Shown piece after piece: positions 1 to 10,942 of a stretch of 64,000 nt of DNA. This stretch comes from a virus (Duplodnaviria; Caudoviricetes): IMG/VR virus record IMGVR_UViG_3300009370_000001; one strand, 5' to 3'. A program made the position numbers and the translations under genes. The notes below the pieces were generated by a model. The model searched no databases, was not told where the DNA came from, and worked only from the letters and a program-made list of their open reading frames with translations. Position 1 is the stretch's first letter, and every line of letters begins with the position of its first letter.

Positions 1-3000
1 AACTTTAATGCTCCTCGCGCAACTTATTATCGTGAAGAATTAGCTAAAAGACCAGTTAACATTCGCAACATTCAAATGACCACTGGGTCCACTATTATTG
101 GAAATTACCAAAACAACTATGAAGTTGTTAGCACGGTTGGAGCTTTCGCTAATCCGCGAGATTTCATCGAAAATCAGCCCACGCTGCCTTCTGTGATTAC
201 TACTAAAACCAACTTGAATCGCGGCGGAGCCAATCGTTTTACGGGAAGAACTGGGCAAGCAGTATTAAACTATTTAACGCTTGATCGAGCATCTGGTAGT
301 CATTACGATTTTGAGCTTGATTATGGCATAACTGATAACAGTGGCTCTTATGCCAATAAGTCGGTTATCATCACGCGCTTCGGAGCCCCCGGCTCTCGCG
401 AGACCATGGCAAGAGGATACCAAGACTTCAAGTCTTCCGAATTCTCAGCATACAATGCCACCCCTTATAGAAACTTAAGCGTTTTAAATGCAGGACAATC
501 AAATGAAATAGACGCCCAAACTAAAGTGGGGGGTTTTGGCTATATTGTAAACGATCTTCATAACAGGCCTTTTGGTTTAAACCAACACTTAACACGCCAC
601 ACCGCACGCTTTGGACGTGACGATATGGCAGTAACAGGCACAACTTTCGCTACAGACGGTCCAGGCGCCTCCTACAATCAATTGCCCGGATTTCACAAGG
701 TACATCGAAACGTCAAGAGAAGACTTGAAACCATAGGAGACGGTTCACAGGTAACGGCTAGTGTATACGATAACTGGTATGTTAGACATCAAATCCCACG
801 ATCAGATATGCAATATACATGGATTACCGCATCTTTGGTAAGCAACAATGATCATTTTGGTTACTTGCCTGCCAGTTACGAAGTAAGCACTTCGGCAGGA
901 TACACGGAACCTTATAATTTTGTGAGCGCCAGCGATTTTGGAATCTACCAATACACCGGTTTCGGTGGTGGACTCTGGCGATTAGGCGCCACTAAGAAGA
1001 TGGTTCAAAATTACTATACCATCGGTGTTGATGCTGATTTTTTACCCTTAGACTTTGCTGGGATGAATACTATTATATATGACCACTTTTCTGCAAGTTC
1101 TAATGTGCTCGGGTTGCGCTCACCGGAGAGTGTTTACGACTATAATCTCTATGACCCACCCCAGACTAGGTTTTATTTCAACACTACTGTGATCACAAAC
1201 GCGGGATTGATTAATCCAGGCATCCCGGGCTGGCTATGGGGCGCTCCGATTCCCAAGGGCGCATTCGACGCGCGCGCATTTAACCTGTTGAACCTTCACC
1301 GTAATGGCCCTTACGGATGGCCAATCTTTAAGCAGATTGATTATAACAATCCTCTCACTCGTTATGAACGCCGCAATAATCAGATTTCAATCTTAATGGC
1401 CGATTCTGGCGCTTATGGTACCGATTTCAAAACTTTCGACTTAAGTCCAGTTTCAATGCGCGCACACCCTGGCAAGATCAACTTTGATAATAATTCTCAA
1501 GATATGACTATTGTGGCTAGTCATAACAACGCGAGAATCTTTTTTAAGGAAGCTGAACTTAACGATCTTGTGAATATTAACTATTCTGATATTGTAACTC
1601 CCTTTGAGCAAATGCTTGACGTCACGACTATGGGAGACAGGTATAGCACCAATTGGATTATGTATAGTCAACAGTTATACCCATCAGAGAGAAATGAGTT
1701 TGAAAGCTATATCACTAAGAGAACTGGATATAACAATAAATTCTGGCGTTCAACACAAGCGCAGCGTATCGATCAAGCTCAAGGTGACGGTGTTCCTCCG
1801 TTGCGAGGCGGAACCCTTATCCCTAATTCGTGGGGATGCCCGTGGCTCGCTCCCCTTCCGGATCAGCGCGCCGCAGCAGGCATGTATGGTGGCAACTATA
1901 TTCAACTTACACAATCATCATGGCCATTAGATCCTGTTAAGGATTTTCTCACGCGTCCTCAAGCTACTCGGCACCCACGCTTAGGTGCCGGCTCGCCGGC
2001 TTCCTACAGAGAGGGCGGTATTAAGTTTAGAAACTCAGGCTCCGGCGAGCTTCAGAATCAATATATTATGCCGGCATTTCGGCCCTCTTATTTAGCATAT
2101 GTGGTTGGTGTTGGAGACTTTGGCTCGCCCGGTGCGCTATATTCTCGTAAACAAACACTAGGCTCTTACAAATCCGTTGTAAGTCCCTATGGCATTGTGC
2201 TGCCTAGCACGGGCGCCCTATCTTCTGCACTAGATCCTCGCGAACAAATTGAGACTTTTGCAGGAGAGGCAGTTTGGGATTGTCCCACTTATGCCGGCAT
2301 TAACATTCAAACTGGAAGCACCTTTACTTTCCAATCTCAAAGTTCCGATCCTTGGTTTAGCGATTACGAGACATTCCAGTACGATTTGAAACTAGCAGCG
2401 AAAGACTATTCTATTGTACCGGAATTCCGCATTAGCGAGCATATTGCGGATTTTAAGAAATATGGATTATTCGGTGCACATAATAGTGATATTTTCGAAA
2501 TTCCCGGTACCGGCATTAATAGTGCAAAGAGCAGCAGCTTCTACCGCGATTATTCTAATTCTGAATTTATGAAGGGCTTTTTAAATATTAAAGAAGATTC
2601 CGGTATTTTACCACGCGAGATAGAAATCGAATGTGAAGCAGCCATTAGATTTAATCCTTATAAAGGATTTTACCCCGTTCAGCGCTCATTAGATCTTGTA
2701 TCCCAATGGTCTAGTTCCTATGCAGACGGGATCACTGTAACCGTTGATGGAGATGGCACAACCTCGATGGGCCCAACAATTGGTTCCAGTAGTTTCGGAC
2801 AGAAGTTGCTTACCGATATGGGGCTCTATATTAGACCTATGATCGCGCCTCTCTTTGCGCCCGGTATTCTCTACAATTCTATTAAGTCTGGAATGGCGGT
2901 AGATTATCCTGTTGTCACAGACGATACAAAGATATTGCGCTGGCCGTTTTTCTCTGCGTCTATCGACACCTCCGGGGTCGCCGACACGATTAAGGGACCA

Positions 3001-5475
3001 GAGAAGCGAGATACTTGGGCTTTGACAATCAACCCAAATACCTTAAAAGTTAGCGCTAACGATACTAACGGATATGATGGAAAGTCTTTCTTTGATAAGA
3101 GACTTCCATTTGAAACCATGATCAAGCCTGAAGGTCAGATAGATGGGATGCAATTCATTGATATGGAATCAAATATTTCTTGTTCAGCTTTGACAACTGC
3201 TTCATTTGCTAGTCCTGCTGTCGATGATAATTATACTTTAATGGCTAGCAATTATTTTGCCGAGATTGGGAACTTTTTCCTTAAAGATTCTCACTATACT
3301 AAATTAGAATCAGATATTATTGCTGATAAGCTTAAATTTGAGAGCGGGAGCGTGTATGCAGCGCGCATTAAACTTAAGAGATCCTATATCGGCGCACGTA
3401 CATATGAAAATGAAATCGATTCCGGCGGGTTTACCTTTGCTGCTAATGGAACCCAAGGCCGATGGCGCCTCTTTGGCGGCGCCGGCCAAGAGATTGATGA
3501 TCTACCATATCCTTCCGGTGCTTATTTTCCTGTGCCTCAAGATCCAACTCGACAAGACGGCTTTAGAGAGAGTTTCACCCTTTACAGTCGACCAACTGCC
3601 TTTGGCCCGCCAATAGCCGCTTTGCGCAAGACAGGATCAAATGCGCATGTTCCCAATGATACCACGGTTGCGCAACTCGAAACCGCGATTAGCGAACAAA
3701 CGGGTAATTACCCTCACGATTCTATTAATGGGTTTAACTGGGCGTTTACTCCCCCTTACTATGATGGAGAATCATGGGCAGATGTTATTTTCCGACCTGA
3801 TTCCACTAAAGAATATAGTGTCCAAGATATCTTAGCCGATTCTAAAGTACGCTACTGGCGCCATGACGCCGGAGGTCCCCATGGCGCGGATTCGTTAGGC
3901 TTCGTGGGAAACCTTTCCGGAGCTTATATTGGTTTGTCCCGCGGTATTTATGATGGAGAAAATATTAACCGTAATGCGATGCAAATATCTGCTAGTATTA
4001 ATTTGTTTGGATTTGAACAAGTGCCATTTACCGAAAGAGATGCTTTCGGGAACGTGGCAACTACCCGTGACACCACGACAGGAACTCGATGGGTTCTCCA
4101 ACCTAAATTTGAAACCCCGCACTTAAACTTTAATGATGCTTATAACCAAGCACAAGTACCTATTTATGGTTCCGCTTCTGTGCCAATTGGGATTTGGCAC
4201 CAATTTGGCAAAATCCCCACAAATCCAGAGGTAGGAATTTTCTTAGAGATTGACGATATACCAGAACAATGGCAAAAATATCACTATGATATGTTTTATT
4301 ATGACAGCATCTATAATGATAATAATGCGGCCTCTTTTGTGGCGGGCAAAACACCATTTAGATCATTGACTGATGTTTTTGGATTCAAGTCCAATAGTAA
4401 ATCTAAACGTCTAGGAGAATTGGCCGATTCGCAAACACTTAGAGAGGCTATTGTGGCTATCCCATATTATACGGAACAAACCCCTGGTGATTATAGTTTG
4501 ACTACCGAGAAGACCGCCCGAACCCAGTATACTAAAAAATTCATTAGTATTCCCAAGGAAAGAATACAAGCCGCAGCCGAAGAGCAAGTGGGTTCTCTAG
4601 AAGGAGATTCTTTGGACACTGCGGGGTCTTCGATTAGAAAGCTTTTACAGAAGATGGATCGCTACGTCCTTCCTCCGCAATTTGATTTTAAATCTAATAA
4701 AAACATTGATCCTATTGCTATGTATATTATAGAATTTGAATATAAACTAGACAAAGACGATTTGTCCTATATTTGGCAAAATATGGCACCGAGAGATTAT
4801 AAGAAGCTTTCATTCCAGAAATCATCTGTAGCCCACGAATTGATGGACACAGAATTATTATCGGGGCATAATATTCTTGAGAGCGAAAATTTACGCTGGA
4901 TGGTGTTTAAGGTTAAACAAAAATCGCAAGCCTTTTATGATGATTCTGTGGTCGCACAAATCGGACAGACAACTAGAGACGCCTTTATTCAGCAACGCCG
5001 AAGAACCGAGCAAGGCTATAATCTAAATTACAACTGGCCTTATGACTATGTATCTTTTGTTGAGATGGTTAAAGTAAACGCCAAGGTGCTTTATGGCGGC
5101 CGCAGCACCGGTGTTCAAGGAGAACGAGTGCCTGCTGGTCAAAACGAACGTGTTCCTGTCTTAGAAACGCCAGCGCGCGAAGGGTCGCGAACTCTTCCGA
5201 GAGCGGCAGCAATAAATGAACAAGTAGCGGAAAGAGTACGAGCCCTCCCCCGGAGAGCACGACGCCGCGCCGCCCGCGGAGCCAGAGGCCGCCAAGCGAC
5301 TCTTCCGCTTGCCGATCAACAAACACGAGCAACTGCTCGTCGCCAGGGGCGCCGGCGTAACAACACTAATACCACACGCCGCGCAACTAATCCGACTCGC
5401 ACGCGAAGAACTCGCCGCGGCAGAGGCGGTGGCGGTAATCGCGGCGGAGGTGGCCGCGGCGGCGGAGGTTATTAA
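1..5475 (+). CDS. Very large virion structural protein, probably baseplate/tail-associated; 5'-truncated; Arg/Gly-rich C-terminal tail
   Basis: Frame 1 is open from base 1 (NFNAPRATYYREELAKRPVNIRNIQM...), so the true start lies upstream of the window. More than 1800 aa, rich in G/S/T/N/Y/P, and heads a run of tightly coupled structural-type genes. Function inferred from context. Confidence 0.6.
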   Translation, partial: NFNAPRATYYREELAKRPVNIRNIQMTTGSTIIGNYQNNYEVVSTVGAFANPRDFIENQPTLPSVITTKTNLNRGGANRFTGRTGQAVLNYLTLDRASGSHYDFELDYGITDNSGSYANKSVIITRFGAPGSRETMARGYQDFKSSEFSAYNATPYRNLSVLNAGQSNEIDAQTKVGGFGYIVNDLHNRPFGLNQHLTRHTARFGRDDMAVTGTTFATDGPGASYNQLPGFHKVHRNVKRRLETIGDGSQVTASVYDNWYVRHQIPRSDMQYTWITASLVSNNDHFGYLPASYEVSTSAGYTEPYNFVSASDFGIYQYTGFGGGLWRLGATKKMVQNYYTIGVDADFLPLDFAGMNTIIYDHFSASSNVLGLRSPESVYDYNLYDPPQTRFYFNTTVITNAGLINPGIPGWLWGAPIPKGAFDARAFNLLNLHRNGPYGWPIFKQIDYNNPLTRYERRNNQISILMADSGAYGTDFKTFDLSPVSMRAHPGKINFDNNSQDMTIVASHNNARIFFKEAELNDLVNINYSDIVTPFEQMLDVTTMGDRYSTNWIMYSQQLYPSERNEFESYITKRTGYNNKFWRSTQAQRIDQAQGDGVPPLRGGTLIPNSWGCPWLAPLPDQRAAAGMYGGNYIQLTQSSWPLDPVKDFLTRPQATRHPRLGAGSPASYREGGIKFRNSGSGELQNQYIMPAFRPSYLAYVVGVGDFGSPGALYSRKQTLGSYKSVVSPYGIVLPSTGALSSALDPREQIETFAGEAVWDCPTYAGINIQTGSTFTFQSQSSDPWFSDYETFQYDLKLAAKDYSIVPEFRISEHIADFKKYGLFGAHNSDIFEIPGTGINSAKSSSFYRDYSNSEFMKGFLNIKEDSGILPREIEIECEAAIRFNPYKGFYPVQRSLDLVSQWSSSYADGITVTVDGDGTTSMGPTIGSSSFGQKLLTDMGLYIRPMIAPLFAPGILYNSIKSGMAVDYPVVTDDTKILRWPFFSASIDTSGVADTIKGPEKRDTWALTINPNTLKVSANDTNGYDGKSFFDKRLPFETMIKPEGQIDGMQFIDMESNISCSALTTASFASPAVDDNYTLMASNYFAEIGNFFLKDSHYTKLESDIIADKLKFESGSVYAARIKLKRSYIGARTYENEIDSGGFTFAANGTQGRWRLFGGAGQEIDDLPYPSGAYFPVPQDPTRQDGFRESFTLYSRPTAFGPPIAALRKTGSNAHVPNDTTVAQLETAISEQTGNYPHDSINGFNWAFTPPYYDGESWADVIFRPDSTKEYSVQDILADSKVRYWRHDAGGPHGADSLGFVGNLSGAYIGLSRGIYDGENINRNAMQISASINLFGFEQVPFTERDAFGNVATTRDTTTGTRWVLQPKFETPHLNFNDAYNQAQVPIYGSASVPIGIWHQFGKIPTNPEVGIFLEIDDIPEQWQKYHYDMFYYDSIYNDNNAASFVAGKTPFRSLTDVFGFKSNSKSKRLGELADSQTLREAIVAIPYYTEQTPGDYSLTTEKTARTQYTKKFISIPKERIQAAAEEQVGSLEGDSLDTAGSSIRKLLQKMDRYVLPPQFDFKSNKNIDPIAMYIIEFEYKLDKDDLSYIWQNMAPRDYKKLSFQKSSVAHELMDTELLSGHNILESENLRWMVFKVKQKSQAFYDDSVVAQIGQTTRDAFIQQRRRTEQGYNLNYNWPYDYVSFVEMVKVNAKVLYGGRSTGVQGERVPAGQNERVPVLETPAREGSRTLPRAAAINEQVAERVRALPRRARRRAARGARGRQATLPLADQQTRATARRQGRRRNNTNTTRRATNPTRTRRTRRGRGGGGNRGGGGRGGGGY

Positions 5476-5477
5476 TT

Positions 5478-6599
5478 ATGGCTAAATTTTTAAATAAAAA
5501 AGAACAAGTTATCGATTTTAAGCTGACTAATTATGGTCATTATTTATTATCGATTGGCAAAATGAAGCCTGTCTATTATGCGTTCTTCGATGATAATGTT
5601 TTATATGACGGAGAATATGCTGGAATTACCGGTAGCCAAAACAGCATCCATGAAAGAATTAAAGATAACACTCCGTATTTGGAAGGACTTACTCATTTCA
5701 CAAATATTGACGCTGAAATTCTGAAAGTATCCGAAGGCACTACAGACGGCACCGGCGTGCCCGTTCTTGAGGACGATCAAGGGCGCCAGTCCAAGTTTTA
5801 TTTTGCATCGGATCTTACCGCTATAATGCGCGAGCCAAAAGTAGAAAACTTAAAAGCTTCTTCAATGATTGGAGATGCTGCTTTGGATGGGGATAAACAA
5901 AAAGCCGCCGCTTGGAAGGTAGTCTCATTGCAGGGGCAAATTTCTGCTTCCTCTCAAGTGGATGCTAAAAATGATATTCGTATCCCTCAATTAGATATTC
6001 AATTAAATTATGTTAAAAAAATCATTAGTTCGGAAATCGATGCCAACCCCACAGATATTCGCGATTTGATGGATAATGTTGGAGGCTTTGTTGATAACAA
6101 GGCAATTACATTAGAAATGGACAATTTGATGATTTATGCCGAAGAGGTTAATACTGAGCTATTTACTGAAAATTTTGATATTGAAGTGTTTAAAGTTGAG
6201 GCCGGCGATTATGGCTGCAGTGGTTCTCTTCATCCCGCCACCGGAAAGTGTGTACCGAATTCATCAGGCGAGGGAGGAGTATATACAGGTTCATATGCCG
6301 ACTCTTTCGATAGAAAATATTTTGAGAAAAAAGCCTCACAAATAGTTAATAATATGATGATCTCCCCCACACCTATAGAAAATATAGGACAAGTATTAAC
6401 TACGGGAAGTGTAGAATATTATTTTGATGTTAAAAGAGATAGTGAAATAGACGCAACAACTGCATGCAAGAGCGCAGAAATATTTAATAGATCATCTTAT
6501 TATATCGATCTTGACTTTGATTGTGATATGGAAGATGAAGATTTCAGTATATTAGATATTTATGGTAGAGTAACGGAGTCCGAGATATGCCCGACTTAA
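5478..6599 (+). CDS. Putative baseplate structural protein; distant paralog of 14986 and 16124
   Basis: N-terminal IDFKLTNYGHYLLSIGKMKPVYYAFFDDNVLY matches the D..LT..G...L..G......F...DD...Y pattern of 14986 and 16124. Confidence 0.55.
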   Translation: MAKFLNKKEQVIDFKLTNYGHYLLSIGKMKPVYYAFFDDNVLYDGEYAGITGSQNSIHERIKDNTPYLEGLTHFTNIDAEILKVSEGTTDGTGVPVLEDDQGRQSKFYFASDLTAIMREPKVENLKASSMIGDAALDGDKQKAAAWKVVSLQGQISASSQVDAKNDIRIPQLDIQLNYVKKIISSEIDANPTDIRDLMDNVGGFVDNKAITLEMDNLMIYAEEVNTELFTENFDIEVFKVEAGDYGCSGSLHPATGKCVPNSSGEGGVYTGSYADSFDRKYFEKKASQIVNNMMISPTPIENIGQVLTTGSVEYYFDVKRDSEIDATTACKSAEIFNRSSYYIDLDFDCDMEDEDFSILDIYGRVTESEICPT

Positions 6600-9500
6600 A
6601 CATTAAAGGAAGCACACTAGATAATTTTGGTGAGCATTTGCCCACCCCTATTATTGAATATGTGGGCATTCGCGCCGACAAACTTGAAGTCCAAGTTTCT
6701 TTGTATTTTGATTTCACGGATCTTGAAAAAGATACAGTTACATTTTTAGAATATTTCACCGAGATAACAAAAGCTCCGCTGTATGTAACTGTTGCTTATG
6801 TGATTGGTGATACCTACGCACAAGCCGTCATCGACAAGACCCAACCGGATATTTTTAAAGAACTATATATGACGCCCGGATCCGTTTGTGCTGGCGCACA
6901 ATTTGATTTCAAGGATGGTTCTCGGGGGTGTGCTACATATTCGAATTATAATACCGTTTTTTTCGATGACGCTAGCGGAGCGGGAGACTGGATCGTTTCG
7001 GATCAAAACTTTTATACTGATGATGATAAAAAAATAGTACAATATACCACGACCCTTACCTTAGATTTTGAAGTCGGAAACAAAAATTTTGATATTAATA
7101 ATTTAGACAACAATATCTTTATAGCTCCTGCGACAGGCACTGATAATAGTCTAGCTGATGAGTTTGGCGGTGCCATCACAGTTTTTGCTTTTTCTTCGTG
7201 GTACGATCTCGCTTCACCGGAATTCTCGGGCTGGAACCCGGCCACAAGTCAACAACCTTTTCCTGTTAAAGAAATTGAAATAGACGATGGCTATAGGAAG
7301 CTGCCGACCTTTTATATGGATTTAATGCCCCCGCTTGCTCGTCAGCAAGTATCTGATATTTCTTATCAACAAGTTTTTAAAGACGGAAACGCATACACAG
7401 ATCCCGAAGTTCTCTTTGCAGATGCGGCCGGCATCGTTTATAATCATACTCCTATTTTATCTATTAATGGAAAATACTATAAACAAGACGGCTACACACT
7501 GGAACAAATAGTAGAAGATTTTAGTAGTCTTATATCAGCCTCTGCTATCTTAGACGAGCCTACCACCCAATTAGAATCGATTTTAAATGATTTAGCCTCG
7601 ACGCTCGAAATCTACGGAGAATCTAGCGAGCTTTTAATTCGTCTTAACTTGATCCGTATCGCCTTTCCAGAAAAATCGACTGCCACCGAAGTAGGAAGAT
7701 TTTATGAATTGGTTAAAACTCGATTCTTTAATGCTGAACAGGGAGTAGCAAGCGGTACTCAAGTCTTCGAACAACTAGTTCATACATCTAAAGTTCGTGA
7801 TTTGCGTACTGTGCTACATGGCACATATACTCCTACTGACCAATCAGAGGTGCCTGTTATTTACGGTCAGAATAGAGGATTTAACGAAGGATTGGTGACT
7901 TCTTTAAAAATCTGGGAGTATGGAGCAGACGAGCAATCCGATAGCTCGGTTTTTCTTAGAAATGGTTTTTGGTTTTTTGATATGGAGTCCGCAACGGAGA
8001 ATTATAGCAATCTAGGCCGCGTGTTCTCTATGTCCGGACTCAAAGCTAAATACGGCCCAGAAATAATTGCGGCCTCTTTTAAGGTCAAAGAAGCACGCGT
8101 CAAAAAATGGATTTTTAGCGGAGATCCCCAGCGGCCGCAGGTACCTCGGAATTTAGAGGGGTATGTAGAACAATATCCCTCGGTAACCGAAATCCATGAA
8201 AGCTATCTAGATTGGGTATCGACTATCACGAGTGAAATTGATTACGTGGGGTACACCAATGCACCAATCTCACATAAATACATTCCGCAGACGTCCAAAA
8301 TAAAGATGGAAACTAATAGCGCGTTCCCTGATCAAATGACAGAGACCGGCATCTATTTTTCAACTGTCGCCCCAACGATAAACCCACAAACTGGCAAGCC
8401 AGCGTCCGTCGATCCGTGGGAGGGCGTCTCTCATTATCTATCGTATCTTTTATTAAGAGGAGTAGATGCTTTGGCTGACAGCCAGCTAGACAATTCATAT
8501 GGACTAATGACTTTCCAATTTCAAGATATAGAAAAAAGCTTTGAGTCCCAGGCCGGTTCGAAAGCCCATAAGGATAAGGATATAGTTTATTCATTCGAAG
8601 TTGATGTGGAAGACACCGGCAAGGTAATCATTCAAGCGTTAACTGCTTCATATATAGACTTGTTTGAAAACGAACTAAAACCTTATTATAACTTTGCGAG
8701 CGAAAATTGCAGCTATAATAATGTCGATGGAAAATTCAATTCTTTTTTCACGGAAGGAGTAATGAATTATTACAGCAATGTAGACAAAGATCGCACTCCG
8801 TGGGTTTTGGCCGCGGCCCAATTCATCACTTTTCGCGATATGACCACCAATGCCTATGGAGGAGATATCGAAACGATGACCGAGGCAGCCCGTTCTATTG
8901 TCGGAAAAATAAACCCGGTTAATGGAAATCTGGAAGACTTAACTGTATTTTATAACAACTATAAAGAATTTGCCGACTTGTATTTAGAAGAAGGAGATGT
9001 TTATAAAATAGTAGAGGCGATGGAGGATGTCACCACTTACCAATTTGGCCAAAAGAATGTGTCCCATGGCGATAATACCGTAGTACAATACTTCCCTCTC
9101 CCGGATCCCGTGCCAATTACTACAGACGCGCTAACGGCACCTACGGGATGCCAAATTGCATCATGTCCATCCGGTCAAGAACTTCGGCTTCCTACTGAAG
9201 AAGGATGTTACTGTGATGACTCGAATATCACGACCGTGATAGAGCGCACTATCACGGCCTGGGACAACTCAAACACCCAGTACGAATACGGCTCAACCGC
9301 CTATAGACAGTCCGAGACCTTGCCTGACTTTGTCGACCGCATGCATGGATATTTCAAAGATATACTCCGAGGCTGTGTTGATTGCAGCCAGCGCGAGATC
9401 TCACATACGACCCATATCAGTCTGTCAGAAGAGTCCAAACACCGCCACGGACTTGAATGGGATCAGGTTTATGTCGCGGCCTCAACCGAGTGGTTGGAGA

Positions 9501-9733
9501 AGTCTTGGCGAGAATACTATGATGAGATCGAGAGCGTGCTCTTGTGGTCCTCCGAGAGAGAAGAGCATAAAGATGCTTTGATTCTTTGGTGTCAATGGGC
9601 TTGGAATAACTGTCACTTAACCAGCCATGGCCGCACTGCCACAGGCGTAAACTGGGAGCAGTACATAGATGGTAGCTCATCTACCACCTTGGAAGCCGGC
9701 CCTGGCTGGGGCTATGGCTTGAAAAGTTCGTAA
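6587..9733 (+). CDS. Large putative virion structural protein with a Cys-containing C-terminal extension
   Basis: 1048-aa ORF overlapping the previous stop; acidic and aromatic-rich; lies within the baseplate cluster. Confidence 0.55.
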   Translation: MPDLNIKGSTLDNFGEHLPTPIIEYVGIRADKLEVQVSLYFDFTDLEKDTVTFLEYFTEITKAPLYVTVAYVIGDTYAQAVIDKTQPDIFKELYMTPGSVCAGAQFDFKDGSRGCATYSNYNTVFFDDASGAGDWIVSDQNFYTDDDKKIVQYTTTLTLDFEVGNKNFDINNLDNNIFIAPATGTDNSLADEFGGAITVFAFSSWYDLASPEFSGWNPATSQQPFPVKEIEIDDGYRKLPTFYMDLMPPLARQQVSDISYQQVFKDGNAYTDPEVLFADAAGIVYNHTPILSINGKYYKQDGYTLEQIVEDFSSLISASAILDEPTTQLESILNDLASTLEIYGESSELLIRLNLIRIAFPEKSTATEVGRFYELVKTRFFNAEQGVASGTQVFEQLVHTSKVRDLRTVLHGTYTPTDQSEVPVIYGQNRGFNEGLVTSLKIWEYGADEQSDSSVFLRNGFWFFDMESATENYSNLGRVFSMSGLKAKYGPEIIAASFKVKEARVKKWIFSGDPQRPQVPRNLEGYVEQYPSVTEIHESYLDWVSTITSEIDYVGYTNAPISHKYIPQTSKIKMETNSAFPDQMTETGIYFSTVAPTINPQTGKPASVDPWEGVSHYLSYLLLRGVDALADSQLDNSYGLMTFQFQDIEKSFESQAGSKAHKDKDIVYSFEVDVEDTGKVIIQALTASYIDLFENELKPYYNFASENCSYNNVDGKFNSFFTEGVMNYYSNVDKDRTPWVLAAAQFITFRDMTTNAYGGDIETMTEAARSIVGKINPVNGNLEDLTVFYNNYKEFADLYLEEGDVYKIVEAMEDVTTYQFGQKNVSHGDNTVVQYFPLPDPVPITTDALTAPTGCQIASCPSGQELRLPTEEGCYCDDSNITTVIERTITAWDNSNTQYEYGSTAYRQSETLPDFVDRMHGYFKDILRGCVDCSQREISHTTHISLSEESKHRHGLEWDQVYVAASTEWLEKSWREYYDEIESVLLWSSEREEHKDALILWCQWAWNNCHLTSHGRTATGVNWEQYIDGSSSTTLEAGPGWGYGLKSS

Positions 9734-9748
9734 AAGGAGAAAATTTAA

Positions 9749-10276
9749 ATGCCTAAAATGATACAAATTAGTTCTTTGATGCGAAACAAGATAGTTATCA
9801 AAGGTCGACCCCTGAGAAAGAGTAGCGCGATATCGAACACTAAAATTGAAATGGCAAATGATATTTTTGTCAATACTGGTGCCCTGGTCCCAGGAGCAGC
9901 AGAGAATGCGAACGTAGCGAAGATGTCTCAAAATGTTTTAGCAGTTATCGGATGTAGTATTGATTCCACCACCGACAGAGATTTTTCTCTGTTAACTCAA
10001 CAAACTGATACCGAAGTCATTCAAAACCCTAATATTATTGATGAGACCAAATGGGCCGAATTAAAAAATGAAAAGATCACGGCGCTAGATAAGTTTCCAA
10101 GTGTAGATGATAACTTCTTTAAACCTGATTATCCTATTTCTATAACTGCCAAAGACCAATGGCTGTCTCCGCCTCAAGCGAAAGAAGTAATAAAAAATTC
10201 TAGTGAGGTTGTTAAAGACATTTTAAGGATCAACTTGAAGACTCCTTATAAAAGAACATTACCCCAATTTAAGTAA
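9749..10276 (+). CDS. Hypothetical protein
   Basis: 175 aa, AAGGAG Shine-Dalgarno upstream of the ATG, fills the gap between neighbours. Confidence 0.6.
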   Translation: MPKMIQISSLMRNKIVIKGRPLRKSSAISNTKIEMANDIFVNTGALVPGAAENANVAKMSQNVLAVIGCSIDSTTDRDFSLLTQQTDTEVIQNPNIIDETKWAELKNEKITALDKFPSVDDNFFKPDYPISITAKDQWLSPPQAKEVIKNSSEVVKDILRINLKTPYKRTLPQFK

Positions 10277-10291
10277 AAAGGATGGTGTATA

Positions 10292-10921
10292 TTGCCAGCA
10301 AAATTTGAGTATATAAAAGGCGGCGCCATAGCTGAAATACCGTGGTTTCCCGCTGATCCTTTGCTGCTAAATAATTGGAAAGCAGAGGCTATTGATTTAA
10401 TTGAAAACAGTTCGTATGATTTTTGGGTCTGCGGCGGCGCCCTGGAGAAGTGGTTTTCTTGGGATGTTGATGTGGTGTTAACGGGGGAACTGCAAGATTT
10501 AGCCGAACTCAAAGATCTTTTAGATAATATAACACAATTAGGCTTTAATCATCGGCAATTGGTGGATCTATATTGGTGTGATGATTATAGAAAGCCTTTC
10601 GAGTCTGGACCATGCAAACACCTACAGCTTGCATGTGATGCGTATGCCGAAACTGGAAGGTGTACTCTTGAAGAATGTCTAATACAAAAAAGTATAGAAG
10701 TTATCCTCCCTACTGCAGCTATTATAAAAAATGGACGGCAAGTGTGGAGCGCCCCCGCCAATTCCATCGATGTAGGGCATTCATTGTGCAAATATCAAGC
10801 GCGCTCTCCGTCTGTCAAACAGATAAAAAGAATTGAAAGTGGAACTATTTATAAAGGCACCCCCCGTCGTATTACGCGAGATTTAGATTTTAGAGATATA
10901 ATCTACTGGTCACACCAGTAA
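10292..10921 (+). CDS. Putative nucleotidyltransferase-fold (Pol beta superfamily) protein
   Basis: FWVCGGALEKWFSWDVDVVL fits the hG[GS]x9-13Dh[DE]h signature; a candidate third acid lies in LVDLYW. TTG start is uncertain. Confidence 0.5.
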   Translation: MPAKFEYIKGGAIAEIPWFPADPLLLNNWKAEAIDLIENSSYDFWVCGGALEKWFSWDVDVVLTGELQDLAELKDLLDNITQLGFNHRQLVDLYWCDDYRKPFESGPCKHLQLACDAYAETGRCTLEECLIQKSIEVILPTAAIIKNGRQVWSAPANSIDVGHSLCKYQARSPSVKQIKRIESGTIYKGTPRRITRDLDFRDIIYWSHQ

Positions 10922-10942
10922 GCAAGGAAACCCCCCCCCAAC

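Noticed and set aside
269-277. ACTATTTAA inside the first giant ORF
   Set aside because: More than 5 kb from any downstream start; consistent with a chance hit.
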